Origin: a gamma proteobacterium HTCC2207
GTDB lineage: Bacteria > Pseudomonadota > Gammaproteobacteria > Pseudomonadales > Porticoccaceae
Direction: 5' to 3'
Assembly (NCBI GenBank): GCA_905182245.1
Contig: CAJJAS010000089.1
Coordinates: 1 to 55,046 of the forward strand
Length of the DNA: 55,046 nucleotides
Below are positions 1-9,865 of the stretch, piece after piece (the first letter of the stretch is position 1; each line of letters opens with the position of its first letter). The notes under the pieces are model-generated. The model was not told where the DNA came from. It did no database searches and worked only from the letters and a program-made list of their open reading frames with translations. A program made the translations under genes and the position numbers.

Positions 1-2988
1 TATGGAATCAAAAATTTTCGACGACATCTGAATAATCTGTGCCGAAGCCTGATATGCCTGCTGTAATCGAATTAAATCTGCGGCCTCTTGATCAAGACTC
101 ACGCCCGAGACCTGATCTCTAGATTGCACGGCCTGGTCGTAAACAACCTGCAGTGCGTCTTGAGAAATTCTGGCCAAGGTTGCCTTGTTGCCCACGGTGC
201 TCACCAGATCAATGTAGCCGTCACTAATAGTGCGTCCATTGGCGAGAACGGCTTTATCTTGCAGCGCTACCATCTGTAACATGTTGCCGTTATTGCCGAT
301 GCCGTCTTGATTGCCATCAACCACATAGCGATCGCCGGTGACCGGTGCGCTATCAAAAGACAGGGTCAAGGTTTTGTACTTTATATCTTCGCCCGCCACA
401 TAGGTGCGGTTAGCAACTACGGTGTCGGTTCCGGTATTGGTGATGGTATAGGTCGTCGACGATGTAAAGTCGATACGAAATGGAGGCTCATCTGCAACAG
501 TAGTTGTGGCATCAGGTGCAGTGAAACCGGCTGCAATTTTGGCACTGCCCGCCCCTGTTACAAAAACCGCTAAGTCTTCATCGGCCGAGCCGTTCATGTA
601 CACGCCAGTGCGTAAACCCAGTACGGCAAGATCCGCGGGCACGCCATTGGTGCCAAAGGTAAAGCGCACTTTGTCTGCACTGTCTAACTGCAAAGAACCC
701 ACATAGGTGTCATTCGCCTGACCCAAGGCATTGGTTGCAGAGGTCGCATCTGGATTACTAAGAACAATATTTTCGCCCTCAAAGCCAGGCGCATTGGTGA
801 CAACTAATCCGCCTTCACGGCTGACATAAGACATTACATTTGTTGTGGCAGTCTGGTTATTAATGGCCGTCGATAAAGCTTCAATATCTGCCGGGTAGGC
901 GCCACCGCCAATCAGTACATTGTTAATTTTTACCTGCTGAGTGAGATCTATGTTTTCAGCTGTCGAACGAATCACATTACTCGCCGTGGCTGTAACGCCG
1001 GTAGTGCTGGTGGCTCCATTGAGCCAGGTGGCCATTGCCGCTGCGGAGCTTTTGGTGTTCGTTGCCAGTGTCAGTGCAGACAGCGACTGGCCATTTAATA
1101 CCAGGCTATCGGCGGCAATTAAATCGATGGTCGTGCCGGATACATTGTCCTGTAATCGCACGGCGGCTGTTTGCACCTGGGCATTAATCGTGGTGACCTG
1201 GGCTACCATGCCAGTGCCTGCCGCGTTGGCGACAAACCCATTCTGTTGAATGCTGCTGGCTAAAAAGCCATAGGTCATATCCAGATCCTGATACGCATCG
1301 GTGCCAGTAGCATTCAGATAGGTACTGCTATATGAGTCTGCTGTGCCAAAAGCGGCATCCCCAGACATCAATGCAGCCTGAGTACTGGCATCAATACCAT
1401 GACCTAAAACATGGACACCCTCGTGGGTCATTACCTGAAAGCGAATGGTGCTGTCCTGAGGGACTTCCATCATCAGGGCGACCTTGTCTGCCCCCTTAGG
1501 AATAATAAATGCCGGCTCGATATTACTGGCAGTCGTGGCAACACCCGCGGCGATACCCGGGTTATTACCCAGAGTATAAATATCGGTACCCGAGGCAAAG
1601 CCGGTAAAGTCTGAGACCTGACCGTATTCTAGGGTGACCTTGGTGTCGCTAAGATTGCTGGCACTGGGCATAACGCGCAATCTTTCAGCGGCGGCAATGG
1701 CCAGTGGATCATCTTGGATTAACCTGAAACCGGCAGCGGGACGCTGGCGAGGCTCAACCGTAAAGGTATCGCCGTCGCTGAGTGTCCCAGCTGAACTAAT
1801 ATTGAGCCCTGCATGAGCGAACCCAGTGGAATCTGGTGTGGCGAATGTGATGGCGCCGGTGGCGCCATCCTGAATGCGCCACTTCGAATCAGTTGCCATC
1901 CAGCGCACTTCAAAGGATTCAAATTTAAAGGCCGCCGGGTCTGTCACTTCAATAGACAGTGAGGCATCGCCACTCACCGTAGGAGACGTTACATCAAAGA
2001 CGGCATCAATCTGGAATAAATCTGTACCACGAGCACCACGAGCATCGAGGCCCGAGGTGTGAATGGCATTTATTTCCTTAACAACGGTCTGTGCTAGATA
2101 ATCAAAACCATCCATCGCCGGACCCAGGGTCTGACTGCGAAGATTAATTAATCCGCCCAGCAACCCACTGCTAACCGTACTAGCTGCTCGTGGCTCTCCG
2201 AAAGGATCCAGCACAATATCGACGCGGCCAGGGTCATTGGCATCAAAGCTGACACCTAGGTCTACTGATTTTTTGCCATCGACTAAGAGTGAGCCCGAGC
2301 TGCTACCGAGGCGCACACTGACTTCACCAGAGGGGGCTTCGGAGATATGTATTTTACTGATGTCCGACAGATCACGAAGCACCTGATCTCGCTGATCAAG
2401 CAAACCGGCCGGCTGTTTAGCAATTGAAATTTTGCCATTTAGCTGGGTGTTAATGGTCGCCAACTGCTTAGTCAGGGTGTTCACCGTACTGACTTGCAGA
2501 GTAATACCGGACTGGGATTCTGTCGCGATCGCACCCAGATGGCCGGCCAGTTCTCTGAAGCGAGAGGCTAGGCCCTCGGCATCGCGAACAAACATATTAC
2601 GCTGAATAGTCGATGCGGGGTCGGCACTAAGATCACTGGCTGTTGCAAAAAACTTGTCCAGCGCACTGGATAAACCAGAGGTCTGCGAACCCATCAGATC
2701 GACGATACGATTGGCATAGCTGATCATGGGTTCCTGCGTTGACAGGTCACTGTTGCTGTCACGCAGACTACTTTCAATAAACTCATCGTAGGCGCGAGTA
2801 ATATTATCTAGGCGCGCACCGGTACCAATAAAAACCGTACCCTGCTGACTGGGCATGCTCTCAGTACTGGTGGCCACCTGCCGGGAATAACCCTCGGTAT
2901 TCAGGTTGGCAATGTTGTTACTGACCGTGGCCAGCGACTGCCTGTACAGCTGAGCGGCACCGGCACCAATGGATAAAATATCACTCAT
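1..2988 (-). CDS. flgK: Flagellar hook-associated protein FlgK, unusually long (>=996 aa; the last few codons run off the left edge)
   Basis: Not in the ORF track because the stop lies outside the window. ATG at 2988 overlaps the flgJ stop (ATGA). It reads MSDILSIGAGAAQLYRQSLATVSNNIANLNTEGYSRQ and ends ...VSGVSLDQEAADLIRLQQAYQASAQIIQMSSKIFDSI, the typical FlgK termini, in one frame. No stop codons were found in 1-2160, which I scanned codon by codon. Confidence 0.93.
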   Translation of the reverse strand, partial: MSDILSIGAGAAQLYRQSLATVSNNIANLNTEGYSRQVATSTESMPSQQGTVFIGTGARLDNITRAYDEFIESSLRDSNSDLSTQEPMISYANRIVDLMGSQTSGLSSALDKFFATASDLSADPASTIQRNMFVRDAEGLASRFRELAGHLGAIATESQSGITLQVSTVNTLTKQLATINTQLNGKISIAKQPAGLLDQRDQVLRDLSDISKIHISEAPSGEVSVRLGSSSGSLLVDGKKSVDLGVSFDANDPGRVDIVLDPFGEPRAASTVSSGLLGGLINLRSQTLGPAMDGFDYLAQTVVKEINAIHTSGLDARGARGTDLFQIDAVFDVTSPTVSGDASLSIEVTDPAAFKFESFEVRWMATDSKWRIQDGATGAITFATPDSTGFAHAGLNISSAGTLSDGDTFTVEPRQRPAAGFRLIQDDPLAIAAAERLRVMPSASNLSDTKVTLEYGQVSDFTGFASGTDIYTLGNNPGIAAGVATTASNIEPAFIIPKGADKVALMMEVPQDSTIRFQVMTHEGVHVLGHGIDASTQAALMSGDAAFGTADSYSSTYLNATGTDAYQDLDMTYGFLASSIQQNGFVANAAGTGMVAQVTTINAQVQTAAVRLQDNVSGTTIDLIAADSLVLNGQSLSALTLATNTKSSAAAMATWLNGATSTTGVTATASNVIRSTAENIDLTQQVKINNVLIGGGAYPADIEALSTAINNQTATTNVMSYVSREGGLVVTNAPGFEGENIVLSNPDATSATNALGQANDTYVGSLQLDSADKVRFTFGTNGVPADLAVLGLRTGVYMNGSADEDLAVFVTGAGSAKIAAGFTAPDATTTVADEPPFRIDFTSSTTYTITNTGTDTVVANRTYVAGEDIKYKTLTLSFDSAPVTGDRYVVDGNQDGIGNNGNMLQMVALQDKAVLANGRTISDGYIDLVSTVGNKATLARISQDALQVVYDQAVQSRDQVSGVSLDQEAADLIRLQQAYQASAQIIQMSSKIFDSI

Positions 2989-3437
2989 AATTTAATTCCT
3001 GCCGCGGGCAACGAGCCCTGCGGATGAAGTGGCAATGAAGGCTTTTCTTCAACTGGATTCAGGGGCAAACTTGGGCTTGCCTCTCTAATCGTCAATTGCT
3101 GATAAGCGTCCATCGCTTTAGTACTATTAGTCTGAGTTTTAACCTGCTCGGTCAACCAATCGCCGAGTCCAAATACGCCCTTTTGTGACATTACCTGAGA
3201 CAGTTCCTGATGGTACATCTGCTCAAAAGTATCGACACTTGAAGAACCCATAAGGTCACTTTTCATTGGCTCGTTAGCTTCGCGTATAGACTTGAATACC
3301 ATCTGTACAAACATGGCTTCAAACTGGCGGCCAACTTCTTGTGCAGCGCTTTCGTCGTTATTCTTGGCGCGTGTGCGCAGCTCACCGAGACCGGCGAAAT
3401 CAAGATAACTCTTAGCTGACAAGGTTGTTTCAGTCAC
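2985..3437 (-). CDS. flgJ: Short FlgJ (rod-binding domain only, no muramidase domain)
   Basis: EVGRQFEAMFVQMVFKSIREAN...TFEQMYHQELSQVMS...GVFGLGDWL is the FlgJ N-terminal motif; 150 aa; lies between flgI and flgK. Confidence 0.9.
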   Translation of the reverse strand: MTETTLSAKSYLDFAGLGELRTRAKNNDESAAQEVGRQFEAMFVQMVFKSIREANEPMKSDLMGSSSVDTFEQMYHQELSQVMSQKGVFGLGDWLTEQVKTQTNSTKAMDAYQQLTIREASPSLPLNPVEEKPSLPLHPQGSLPAAGIKL

Positions 3438-4604
3438 TTAGATCACCACCAAGTCTGCGCGCAGGCTACCGGAAGTTTTCAGTGCTTCGAGTATGGCGAT
3501 TAATGAAGAAGGTGATGCGCCCACCTGATTGACGGCGTCCACTATGTCACGCAGATCTACACCAGGTTGGAAAAGAAACATTTTATTTCTGGGTTCAGTC
3601 ACCTCAATGTTGGCATTTTGCACGCCCACTGTTACGCCATCGGTAAAGGCGTCGGGCTGGCTTACTTCGTTGGTGGCGGAAATATTCACGGTGATCGGGC
3701 CATGGGTAACGGCCACTGCCGAAACCTTAACGTTGCGATTAATAACCGCGGTTCCGGTTCTTGAATTAATCACGATGCGTGCCGGTGGCTCGCCGGGGGT
3801 GACATCCAGGTTTTCAATCATACTCAAAAAGGTGACGCGCTGAGAGGAATCCTTAGGTGCCATTACTGCGATGGAAACACCATCGATGGCACTGGCAACA
3901 CCTGGGCCAAAGGCCAGATTAATCGCTTCAGTAATCGCATTAGAGGTCGAGAAATCTGCGTTGCGCACATTCAATACAATGTGGTCTGAGGTTTCAAAAG
4001 GGGTATCAACCATACGCTCGACAGTCGCACCATTGGGGATACGACCTGAGGTCGGAACGCCAATTTGAATACTACTACCCGCGGCATTGGACGTAATACC
4101 GGTTACGGTCATGGCGCCCTGAGCCAGGGCATAGGTTTGGCCATCGACGCCGCGTAGCTGAGTCATTATCAGGCTACCACCGCGCAGAGATTCCGCCACA
4201 CCAATAGCCGCTACATTAATATCAATGCGCTGACCGGGCTTGGCAAATGGAGGCAGTTCGGCAGTGACCATCACTGCGGCAACATTCTCCAACTTTAATT
4301 CTTTTTTGGCATTCTGCGCTGCTAAAGCAGCCATCTGATCACCGAGATCGTAATCACTCACTGGTCCATCAACACTGACACCCAGTCCCGATAACATGGT
4401 TTTTAATGTCTGGGCTGTCAGCGGTAAATCTTTACCGTCGCCAGAACCTTGCAGACCGACCACGAGACCGAAGCCAATTAATTTGTTGCTGCGCACGCCG
4501 GCGACATCGGTAATATCTTTAATCCGATCTGCCGCTGCTGTGGACGTTGCCAGTATGGCTGCGACCAATGCGCTCAACAAAATTATGCGTTTAACTGTAA
4601 ACAT
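3438..4604 (-). CDS. flgI: Flagellar P-ring protein
   Basis: Signal peptide then RIKDITDVAGVRSNKLIGFGLVVGL, AAVMVTAELPPFAKPGQRID, C-terminal ILEALKTSGSLRADL. Confidence 0.97.
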   Translation of the reverse strand: MFTVKRIILLSALVAAILATSTAAADRIKDITDVAGVRSNKLIGFGLVVGLQGSGDGKDLPLTAQTLKTMLSGLGVSVDGPVSDYDLGDQMAALAAQNAKKELKLENVAAVMVTAELPPFAKPGQRIDINVAAIGVAESLRGGSLIMTQLRGVDGQTYALAQGAMTVTGITSNAAGSSIQIGVPTSGRIPNGATVERMVDTPFETSDHIVLNVRNADFSTSNAITEAINLAFGPGVASAIDGVSIAVMAPKDSSQRVTFLSMIENLDVTPGEPPARIVINSRTGTAVINRNVKVSAVAVTHGPITVNISATNEVSQPDAFTDGVTVGVQNANIEVTEPRNKMFLFQPGVDLRDIVDAVNQVGASPSSLIAILEALKTSGSLRADLVVI

Positions 4605-4624
4605 TACTGTTCTCCAAAAGCCGC

Positions 4625-5317
4625 TTAAAAGGGCCAGAATTTATAGAGCATTCCAGTGCCCCAAGCAGGGCGAGATGCTGACGCCAGATCACCGGTGCCG
4701 CGATATGAAATCTGGGCATGGGCAATACGCTGCGACAAAATAGTGTTATCAGGCTGAATATCTGCCGGGCGAATAATGCCCTTGACCTGAATAAATTCAC
4801 TACCCTCGGTCAGTGCCAATTGCTTTTCACCAATAATGACTAGGTTGCCGTTAGACAAGACCTCAACCACCATTGCAGATATAGAACCGGTTAATGTTGC
4901 TGCCTGTCCTGCCGTACCAGTACCTTCACTAGTAATACTTGAACCATCTGTTTTCACCGCATCAAAAAAGCCTGCGCCAAAACCAAGTTTCGCAACAATT
5001 GAATCTTTCTGATTAAGGCCAATCGCGTCGTTAGTAGATTCGCGACTGGTGCTTAAGCCAGAGGTGCGAGATGCCTGTGTGGTTTCATTAAGTAGTACGG
5101 TGATTAAATCACCCACTTTAATTTCGGTGGCCTGATAGCTGCGCAGATCACCAAACAGACTGCGACCATTAGCAAAAATTGACCCGGTAACCTGAGTGGG
5201 CGCAGCATCTGGAATCGGCTGCACCGGCGCAAATTCTGCAGTCGGCATCATGCGCGGCTGAGCAACGCAGGCCGTCAAAACGCTAGCCATGGATAAAGTT
5301 GTTATTAAACGAAACAT
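4625..5317 (-). CDS. flgH: Flagellar L-ring lipoprotein
   Basis: Lipobox LTAC, VGDLITVLLNE, VLSNGNLVIIGEKQL, GIIRPADIQPDNTILSQRIAHAQISY, ends FWPF. Confidence 0.97.
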   Translation of the reverse strand: MFRLITTLSMASVLTACVAQPRMMPTAEFAPVQPIPDAAPTQVTGSIFANGRSLFGDLRSYQATEIKVGDLITVLLNETTQASRTSGLSTSRESTNDAIGLNQKDSIVAKLGFGAGFFDAVKTDGSSITSEGTGTAGQAATLTGSISAMVVEVLSNGNLVIIGEKQLALTEGSEFIQVKGIIRPADIQPDNTILSQRIAHAQISYRGTGDLASASRPAWGTGMLYKFWPF

Positions 5318-5332
5318 AGTTAAAAACCTGTC

Positions 5333-6118
5333 TTAAAGATTATTGTTCAAGAAGCGCAACATACCGTCTGCCGCAGCGATGGCTTTCGAGTTAACCTCGT
5401 AGGCGCGCTGGGTTTCTATCATATTGACCATTTCTTCAACCACATTAACGTTGGAGGCTTCCAATGAACCCTGCATCAACATACCTGCGCCATCCTGTCC
5501 GGGGATGCTAATAATCGCATCGCCACTGGCATTGGTTGGACGCATTAAATTACGACCCATTGGCTGCAAACCAGCATTATTAACGAAGCGCGACAGCTGT
5601 AGCTGACCGATCTCCGCTGATCCACCACTGTTGGCTAGCTCTGCTGTCACGGTGCCATCACGGCCAATAGTAATGCTCGCGGTGTTTTGCGGAACGTTAA
5701 TCGCCGGAACGATAGGCTCTCCACCGGCGGTAACCAGCTGGCCTTCAGAAGACAGTTTTAAAGAACCATCTCGGGTATAGGCCAAGGAACCATCAGCTTG
5801 CTGCACGGCGAGATAACCATCACCGGTCACTGCCACATCAAGGGCGTTTTCGGTGGTAATAATATTGCCCTGCATATGCAGCTTTTCGGTGGCCATAACT
5901 CTTGTACCTGTTCCCAGCATCAAGCCAGTCGGGGTAGCATTTTCTGCGTCTGCCTGTCCGCCGGCCGGAACGATGTTTTGATAGAGTAGGTCTTCAAAGA
6001 CCGCTCGGTCTTTCTTGAAACCGGTGGTATTAACGTTAGCTAGGTTGTTCGAAATAACCTGCATGCGCGTTTGCTGCGCTGTTAATCCTGTTTTGGCGAT
6101 CCAAAGTGATGCGTCCAT
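5333..6118 (-). CDS. flgG: Flagellar distal rod protein
   Basis: SLWIAKTGLTAQQTRMQVISNNLANVNTTGFKKDRAVFEDLLYQ; LEASNVNVVEEMVNMIETQRAYEVNSK; 261 aa. Confidence 0.98.
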   Translation of the reverse strand: MDASLWIAKTGLTAQQTRMQVISNNLANVNTTGFKKDRAVFEDLLYQNIVPAGGQADAENATPTGLMLGTGTRVMATEKLHMQGNIITTENALDVAVTGDGYLAVQQADGSLAYTRDGSLKLSSEGQLVTAGGEPIVPAINVPQNTASITIGRDGTVTAELANSGGSAEIGQLQLSRFVNNAGLQPMGRNLMRPTNASGDAIISIPGQDGAGMLMQGSLEASNVNVVEEMVNMIETQRAYEVNSKAIAAADGMLRFLNNNL

Positions 6119-6163
6119 TATTCTTATCCTCTAATTAGATTTCGATGACTTAAGCGCGCTGGC

Positions 6164-6925
6164 TTAAGGCAGTCTCATCATGCTTGAGCCAGTCTCATCA
6201 ATAGACTTGGCTTCGGTAATCATTTTTATCTGCGCTTCAAATGAGCGGCTAAAGTCCATCATCTTGACCATGGCTTCGACGGGGTTGACGTTACTGCCTT
6301 CAAGAACACCACTCTGTAAAGAAGCGGCTCTTGGTCCAGTGTCAAAATCTTGACCCTGGAGTGCTTTATTAAATGGCTCATAGAGACCATCTTCGCGACG
6401 AACCAATGGTGTGGCACTCGCATCGCGCAGCATTAGCTGACCAATTTGCAGCGGCGGTAAATCTGGCTGAGATGGAGACTCGGCAAAGACCGAACCATCG
6501 GGGCTAATGCTAACCAGCTGCCCCGCAGGGACTGTGATCGGACCGGCTTCACCCAAAATCAGGTGGCCAGCGGCATTCTCTATCACACCGGTAGCATTAA
6601 CACGCAGATCACCACGGCGGGTAAAACCAATCTCGCCGTTAGTCGCCTGTACGCCCAGAACTGTGTCGCCATTAAGTGCAACGTCCATTTGGTTACCCGT
6701 TTGTTGAATGGTACCCGGCTCAAGATTAATTAAATCGCGCTTGGTATTAGCAGGTTGGAAACGGGTTTCATAGCCGGCGCCATCAAGCTTTACTGCCTGT
6801 GTTGCACCCTGATAACTCTCTTTAAATCCAGTGGTCGAGACATTAGCGAGTGCGTTGGTAATCTGCGCTCTAATCTTCGACTGGCTCTGAATTGCTGCCA
6901 GAGATGTCATTGCTAATCTATCCAT
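6164..6925 (-). CDS. flgF: Flagellar proximal rod protein
   Basis: MDRL...LANVSTTGFK, FTRRGDL, LEGSNVNPVEAMVKMMDFSRSFEAQIKMI; lies between flgE and flgG. Confidence 0.95.
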   Translation of the reverse strand: MDRLAMTSLAAIQSQSKIRAQITNALANVSTTGFKESYQGATQAVKLDGAGYETRFQPANTKRDLINLEPGTIQQTGNQMDVALNGDTVLGVQATNGEIGFTRRGDLRVNATGVIENAAGHLILGEAGPITVPAGQLVSISPDGSVFAESPSQPDLPPLQIGQLMLRDASATPLVRREDGLYEPFNKALQGQDFDTGPRAASLQSGVLEGSNVNPVEAMVKMMDFSRSFEAQIKMITEAKSIDETGSSMMRLP

Positions 6926-6977
6926 TTCCCTTCTCCGCTATTTATTACAATTATTTATTTATTGCCGTTAATTATTT

Positions 6978-9818
6978 TTATCCGCGGATATTAATAATTG
7001 TTTGGGTTAACGATGAACTTGTCTCAATCGCCTTGGCATTCGCCTGGAAGTTTCGCTGTGCGGTAATTAGGTCAACCAGCTCAGCCGTCAGATCCACGTT
7101 GGAACGTTCACGCGCACCAGCACGAATAGTTCCGAAACCTGCAGCACCGGGTTCACCCAAAGTTGCGTCGCCAGAACCAGAGGTTGCCGAGTAACTCGTG
7201 TCACCTACCTGACGCAAACCTTTTGGCGTAGCAAAGTTAGCCAGAATAATTTTGCCCAGAGATTTCTGTGAGCCGTTTGAATAACTCGCAACTACCAGGC
7301 CATCATCGCCGATGTTTACACCAACCAAATCACCTTCAGGAGCACCATTCTGTGACTGGCTTAGTACAGCAAATGGGCTGTTAAACTGAGTACTGTTGTT
7401 GTAGCCCAACTGAATACCACCACCTGTAATATTGTCACTCTCAAGCTTGGCGCCACCGATTGGCGACACCAAGGTTCCACTGGTGTCAAAAGTCAGTTCG
7501 CCTTTGTCTAGGAAAATAGGTGTCCAATAAGGAATGTCTTTATCATCAAAATCTGCCTTGTCGGTTGTTTCAACCCAGTTACCGGCGTTGTCCTGAGTAA
7601 CATAGACTTCACTGGTACCCGCACTATCTGGGACAAGTTCAATGTAGGAAGAAGCTTTACCAAAACCGGCCTGAATATTTTCAAGACCCCAATCGGCGTG
7701 ACCAGCAACCTGAATAAATGAGCTGTCTGAGGAAGTAGCTCCGGTAATCACAATGGTCTCTGCTGTTTCATCAAAGCCAACAGAAACACCGGAAACACTA
7801 CGACCCAAGGCGTCGGCCATCAAATTGATCTTAGATTCTAGATGCTCTGTAAAGGTACCAATTGAGTACTGACCTTCGGTTAACTGAATCTGCGCTGAAA
7901 TACCATCGACAATAACGGTGACGTTTTGATTGTCGGTATTAACCGCAAACGATTTACGCGGGTCAATGCCCATCTGGTTACCCGTCACTAATGCTGGGGT
8001 AGAAATCTGACCACGAACGGCTGGAAGATTATTAATCTGTGAGGTTGCTGCCTGGACCAAATGGCCTGTGGCGTTCATCCCTAATAGGGTCTGAGCCATG
8101 GTGCCTACAGCACTTATTTCAATACTAGATTCATCACCCGTTGTACCAGAGGCAACAATAAATTTACCTTCGGTATAGGTAACAGAAATACCATAGCGTT
8201 GATTTGCCTCTGTGGTAAACGCTCCGCCATTGGGTTGCACATTGCTCAAAATAACATCAGATACATCAGTATCCAGTGCCGGTAATAGTTGACCAAAAGA
8301 GGTGATGTTGCCGCCGGCATCTGTTACCTGGGCACTCACACCAAACACATCATTGGTCGCTGTGCCAGAGGGGCCAGAACTCAGGTAGATTGAATCTGTG
8401 CCACTGTTGGCCTGTAAGAATCTAAATCCTTGACTGGCCGCATCGTAGCTCACTGTCATGTCGGCAAAATTGGCATCCGCCGCTAGGGCTTGATTGATCG
8501 CATAAGCGAGAGGCTCAGGCGTCATTAATCCATCAGCGGGGAAACCTGTGAGATTACCAACATCGAGATCAAACGCCTGGGTAGCACCCGCGGCATCTAA
8601 TCGAGTAATTTTTAATAACTGTGATGGGGCGGCACTAAAGTCGAAGGTTTTGCCATCACCAAAGCGCTCATTGATAACATTGGTTAATTCAAAGGCGATC
8701 TCGGATCCCGATAACTTGCGTGCATTACCCTGTAGATGTTCCAGGCCTATGCTTATCGCTGGAGAGTCATCGATGCTGAGACTAAACATACCGGTAAGGT
8801 CTGCTCTCGACATCGCAGTGCCGACCGCTGTAGTCGTTGTAAAATCAATACCATCGCTGTTGTTTGTCAGATTTAATCCGTCGGTATAAATAGAGTCTTC
8901 AGCAAGGGCGAAGTTAACGCTCGCTGGCTGAGAATCTGTAGGCGTTGAAAGATTATCAAAAGAATACTTCTTATAAAGAGTACCCAGAGTAACCAAATAC
9001 TTTTCACTCTCGGCACTGGTTTTCTGCAGGGCTAAAAGATCTGACTGAGTTTTAACTTCACCATACTTGTTTACAAAGTATTGGTCGCCAGCCGTATCTG
9101 ATGCCTGAATCAATGCCGAATCAACAGCCTGATCATCAATATAAACATAGGTCTGCCATTTGTTGAATGGCACATCCGCTGTGGCTTCTGCCGTTTTAGC
9201 ATAATAGATAGTTGCCAGGTGGCTAGAACCAGAAGTACCGTAAACGGTTAAGGATGTTGTCTTGTTATAGGTTTCTGGTTTGCTCGGATTAAATGCTTCA
9301 ATAATTGGGGCCGCATCGGATGGCAGGTTAAGACCTAACTCTACCTCAGTGGTTGGGAGGAACTCGGACACTGTCGCCCGGGGAATAGCCAGAGCGCTCA
9401 TGGGCTCACCAAAGTCAGCTTTGTTAGTCGAATCCACCGGCAGTGCCTGCAATGCCTGACCGGCACTGTTCACCATCTGGTTTTGTTCGTTCAACATAAA
9501 TGCACCGTTACGGGTATAGATTTTGGTCCCGTCTGGCGATTCCAATGGGAAGAAACCATCACCGGTAATGGCCAAATCTAGGGAGTTTGCAGAGAACTCG
9601 ATGTTGCCCTGACTGAATTCTTGACTCACCTCTTTCAGCGATACACCACGACCAATAACACTGGACGCTTTCTGTAATGGTGATGTCGCAAAAATATCTC
9701 CGAAATCCGCATCTGAGCGTTTAAAGCCCGAGGTACCGGAGTTAGCAATGTTGTTCGAGGTTACAGACAATTCTGTAGTCGCTGCATTAAGACCTGTAAG
9801 TGACGTATAAAATGACAT
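6978..9818 (-). CDS. flgE: Flagellar hook protein FlgE with a large central insertion (946 aa)
   Basis: MSFYTSLTGLNAA...SNNIANSGTSGFK, LDLAITGDGFF, YTRNGAF; C-terminal ERSNVDLTAELVDLITAQRNFQANAKAI; follows flgD. Confidence 0.95.
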   Translation of the reverse strand: MSFYTSLTGLNAATTELSVTSNNIANSGTSGFKRSDADFGDIFATSPLQKASSVIGRGVSLKEVSQEFSQGNIEFSANSLDLAITGDGFFPLESPDGTKIYTRNGAFMLNEQNQMVNSAGQALQALPVDSTNKADFGEPMSALAIPRATVSEFLPTTEVELGLNLPSDAAPIIEAFNPSKPETYNKTTSLTVYGTSGSSHLATIYYAKTAEATADVPFNKWQTYVYIDDQAVDSALIQASDTAGDQYFVNKYGEVKTQSDLLALQKTSAESEKYLVTLGTLYKKYSFDNLSTPTDSQPASVNFALAEDSIYTDGLNLTNNSDGIDFTTTTAVGTAMSRADLTGMFSLSIDDSPAISIGLEHLQGNARKLSGSEIAFELTNVINERFGDGKTFDFSAAPSQLLKITRLDAAGATQAFDLDVGNLTGFPADGLMTPEPLAYAINQALAADANFADMTVSYDAASQGFRFLQANSGTDSIYLSSGPSGTATNDVFGVSAQVTDAGGNITSFGQLLPALDTDVSDVILSNVQPNGGAFTTEANQRYGISVTYTEGKFIVASGTTGDESSIEISAVGTMAQTLLGMNATGHLVQAATSQINNLPAVRGQISTPALVTGNQMGIDPRKSFAVNTDNQNVTVIVDGISAQIQLTEGQYSIGTFTEHLESKINLMADALGRSVSGVSVGFDETAETIVITGATSSDSSFIQVAGHADWGLENIQAGFGKASSYIELVPDSAGTSEVYVTQDNAGNWVETTDKADFDDKDIPYWTPIFLDKGELTFDTSGTLVSPIGGAKLESDNITGGGIQLGYNNSTQFNSPFAVLSQSQNGAPEGDLVGVNIGDDGLVVASYSNGSQKSLGKIILANFATPKGLRQVGDTSYSATSGSGDATLGEPGAAGFGTIRAGARERSNVDLTAELVDLITAQRNFQANAKAIETSSSLTQTIINIRG

Positions 9819-9865
9819 TCGTTCTTCTCCTATTGCCCGTCGATGACGGCGCTAAATTCTATTTT

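Noticed and set aside
88-2062. Many short ORFs here, and similar antisense ORFs elsewhere (e.g. 42644-43288, 48171-48809, 49215-49943)
   Set aside because: They are shadow frames overlapping well-supported genes (flgK, fleQ, motB) and have no motifs of their own.
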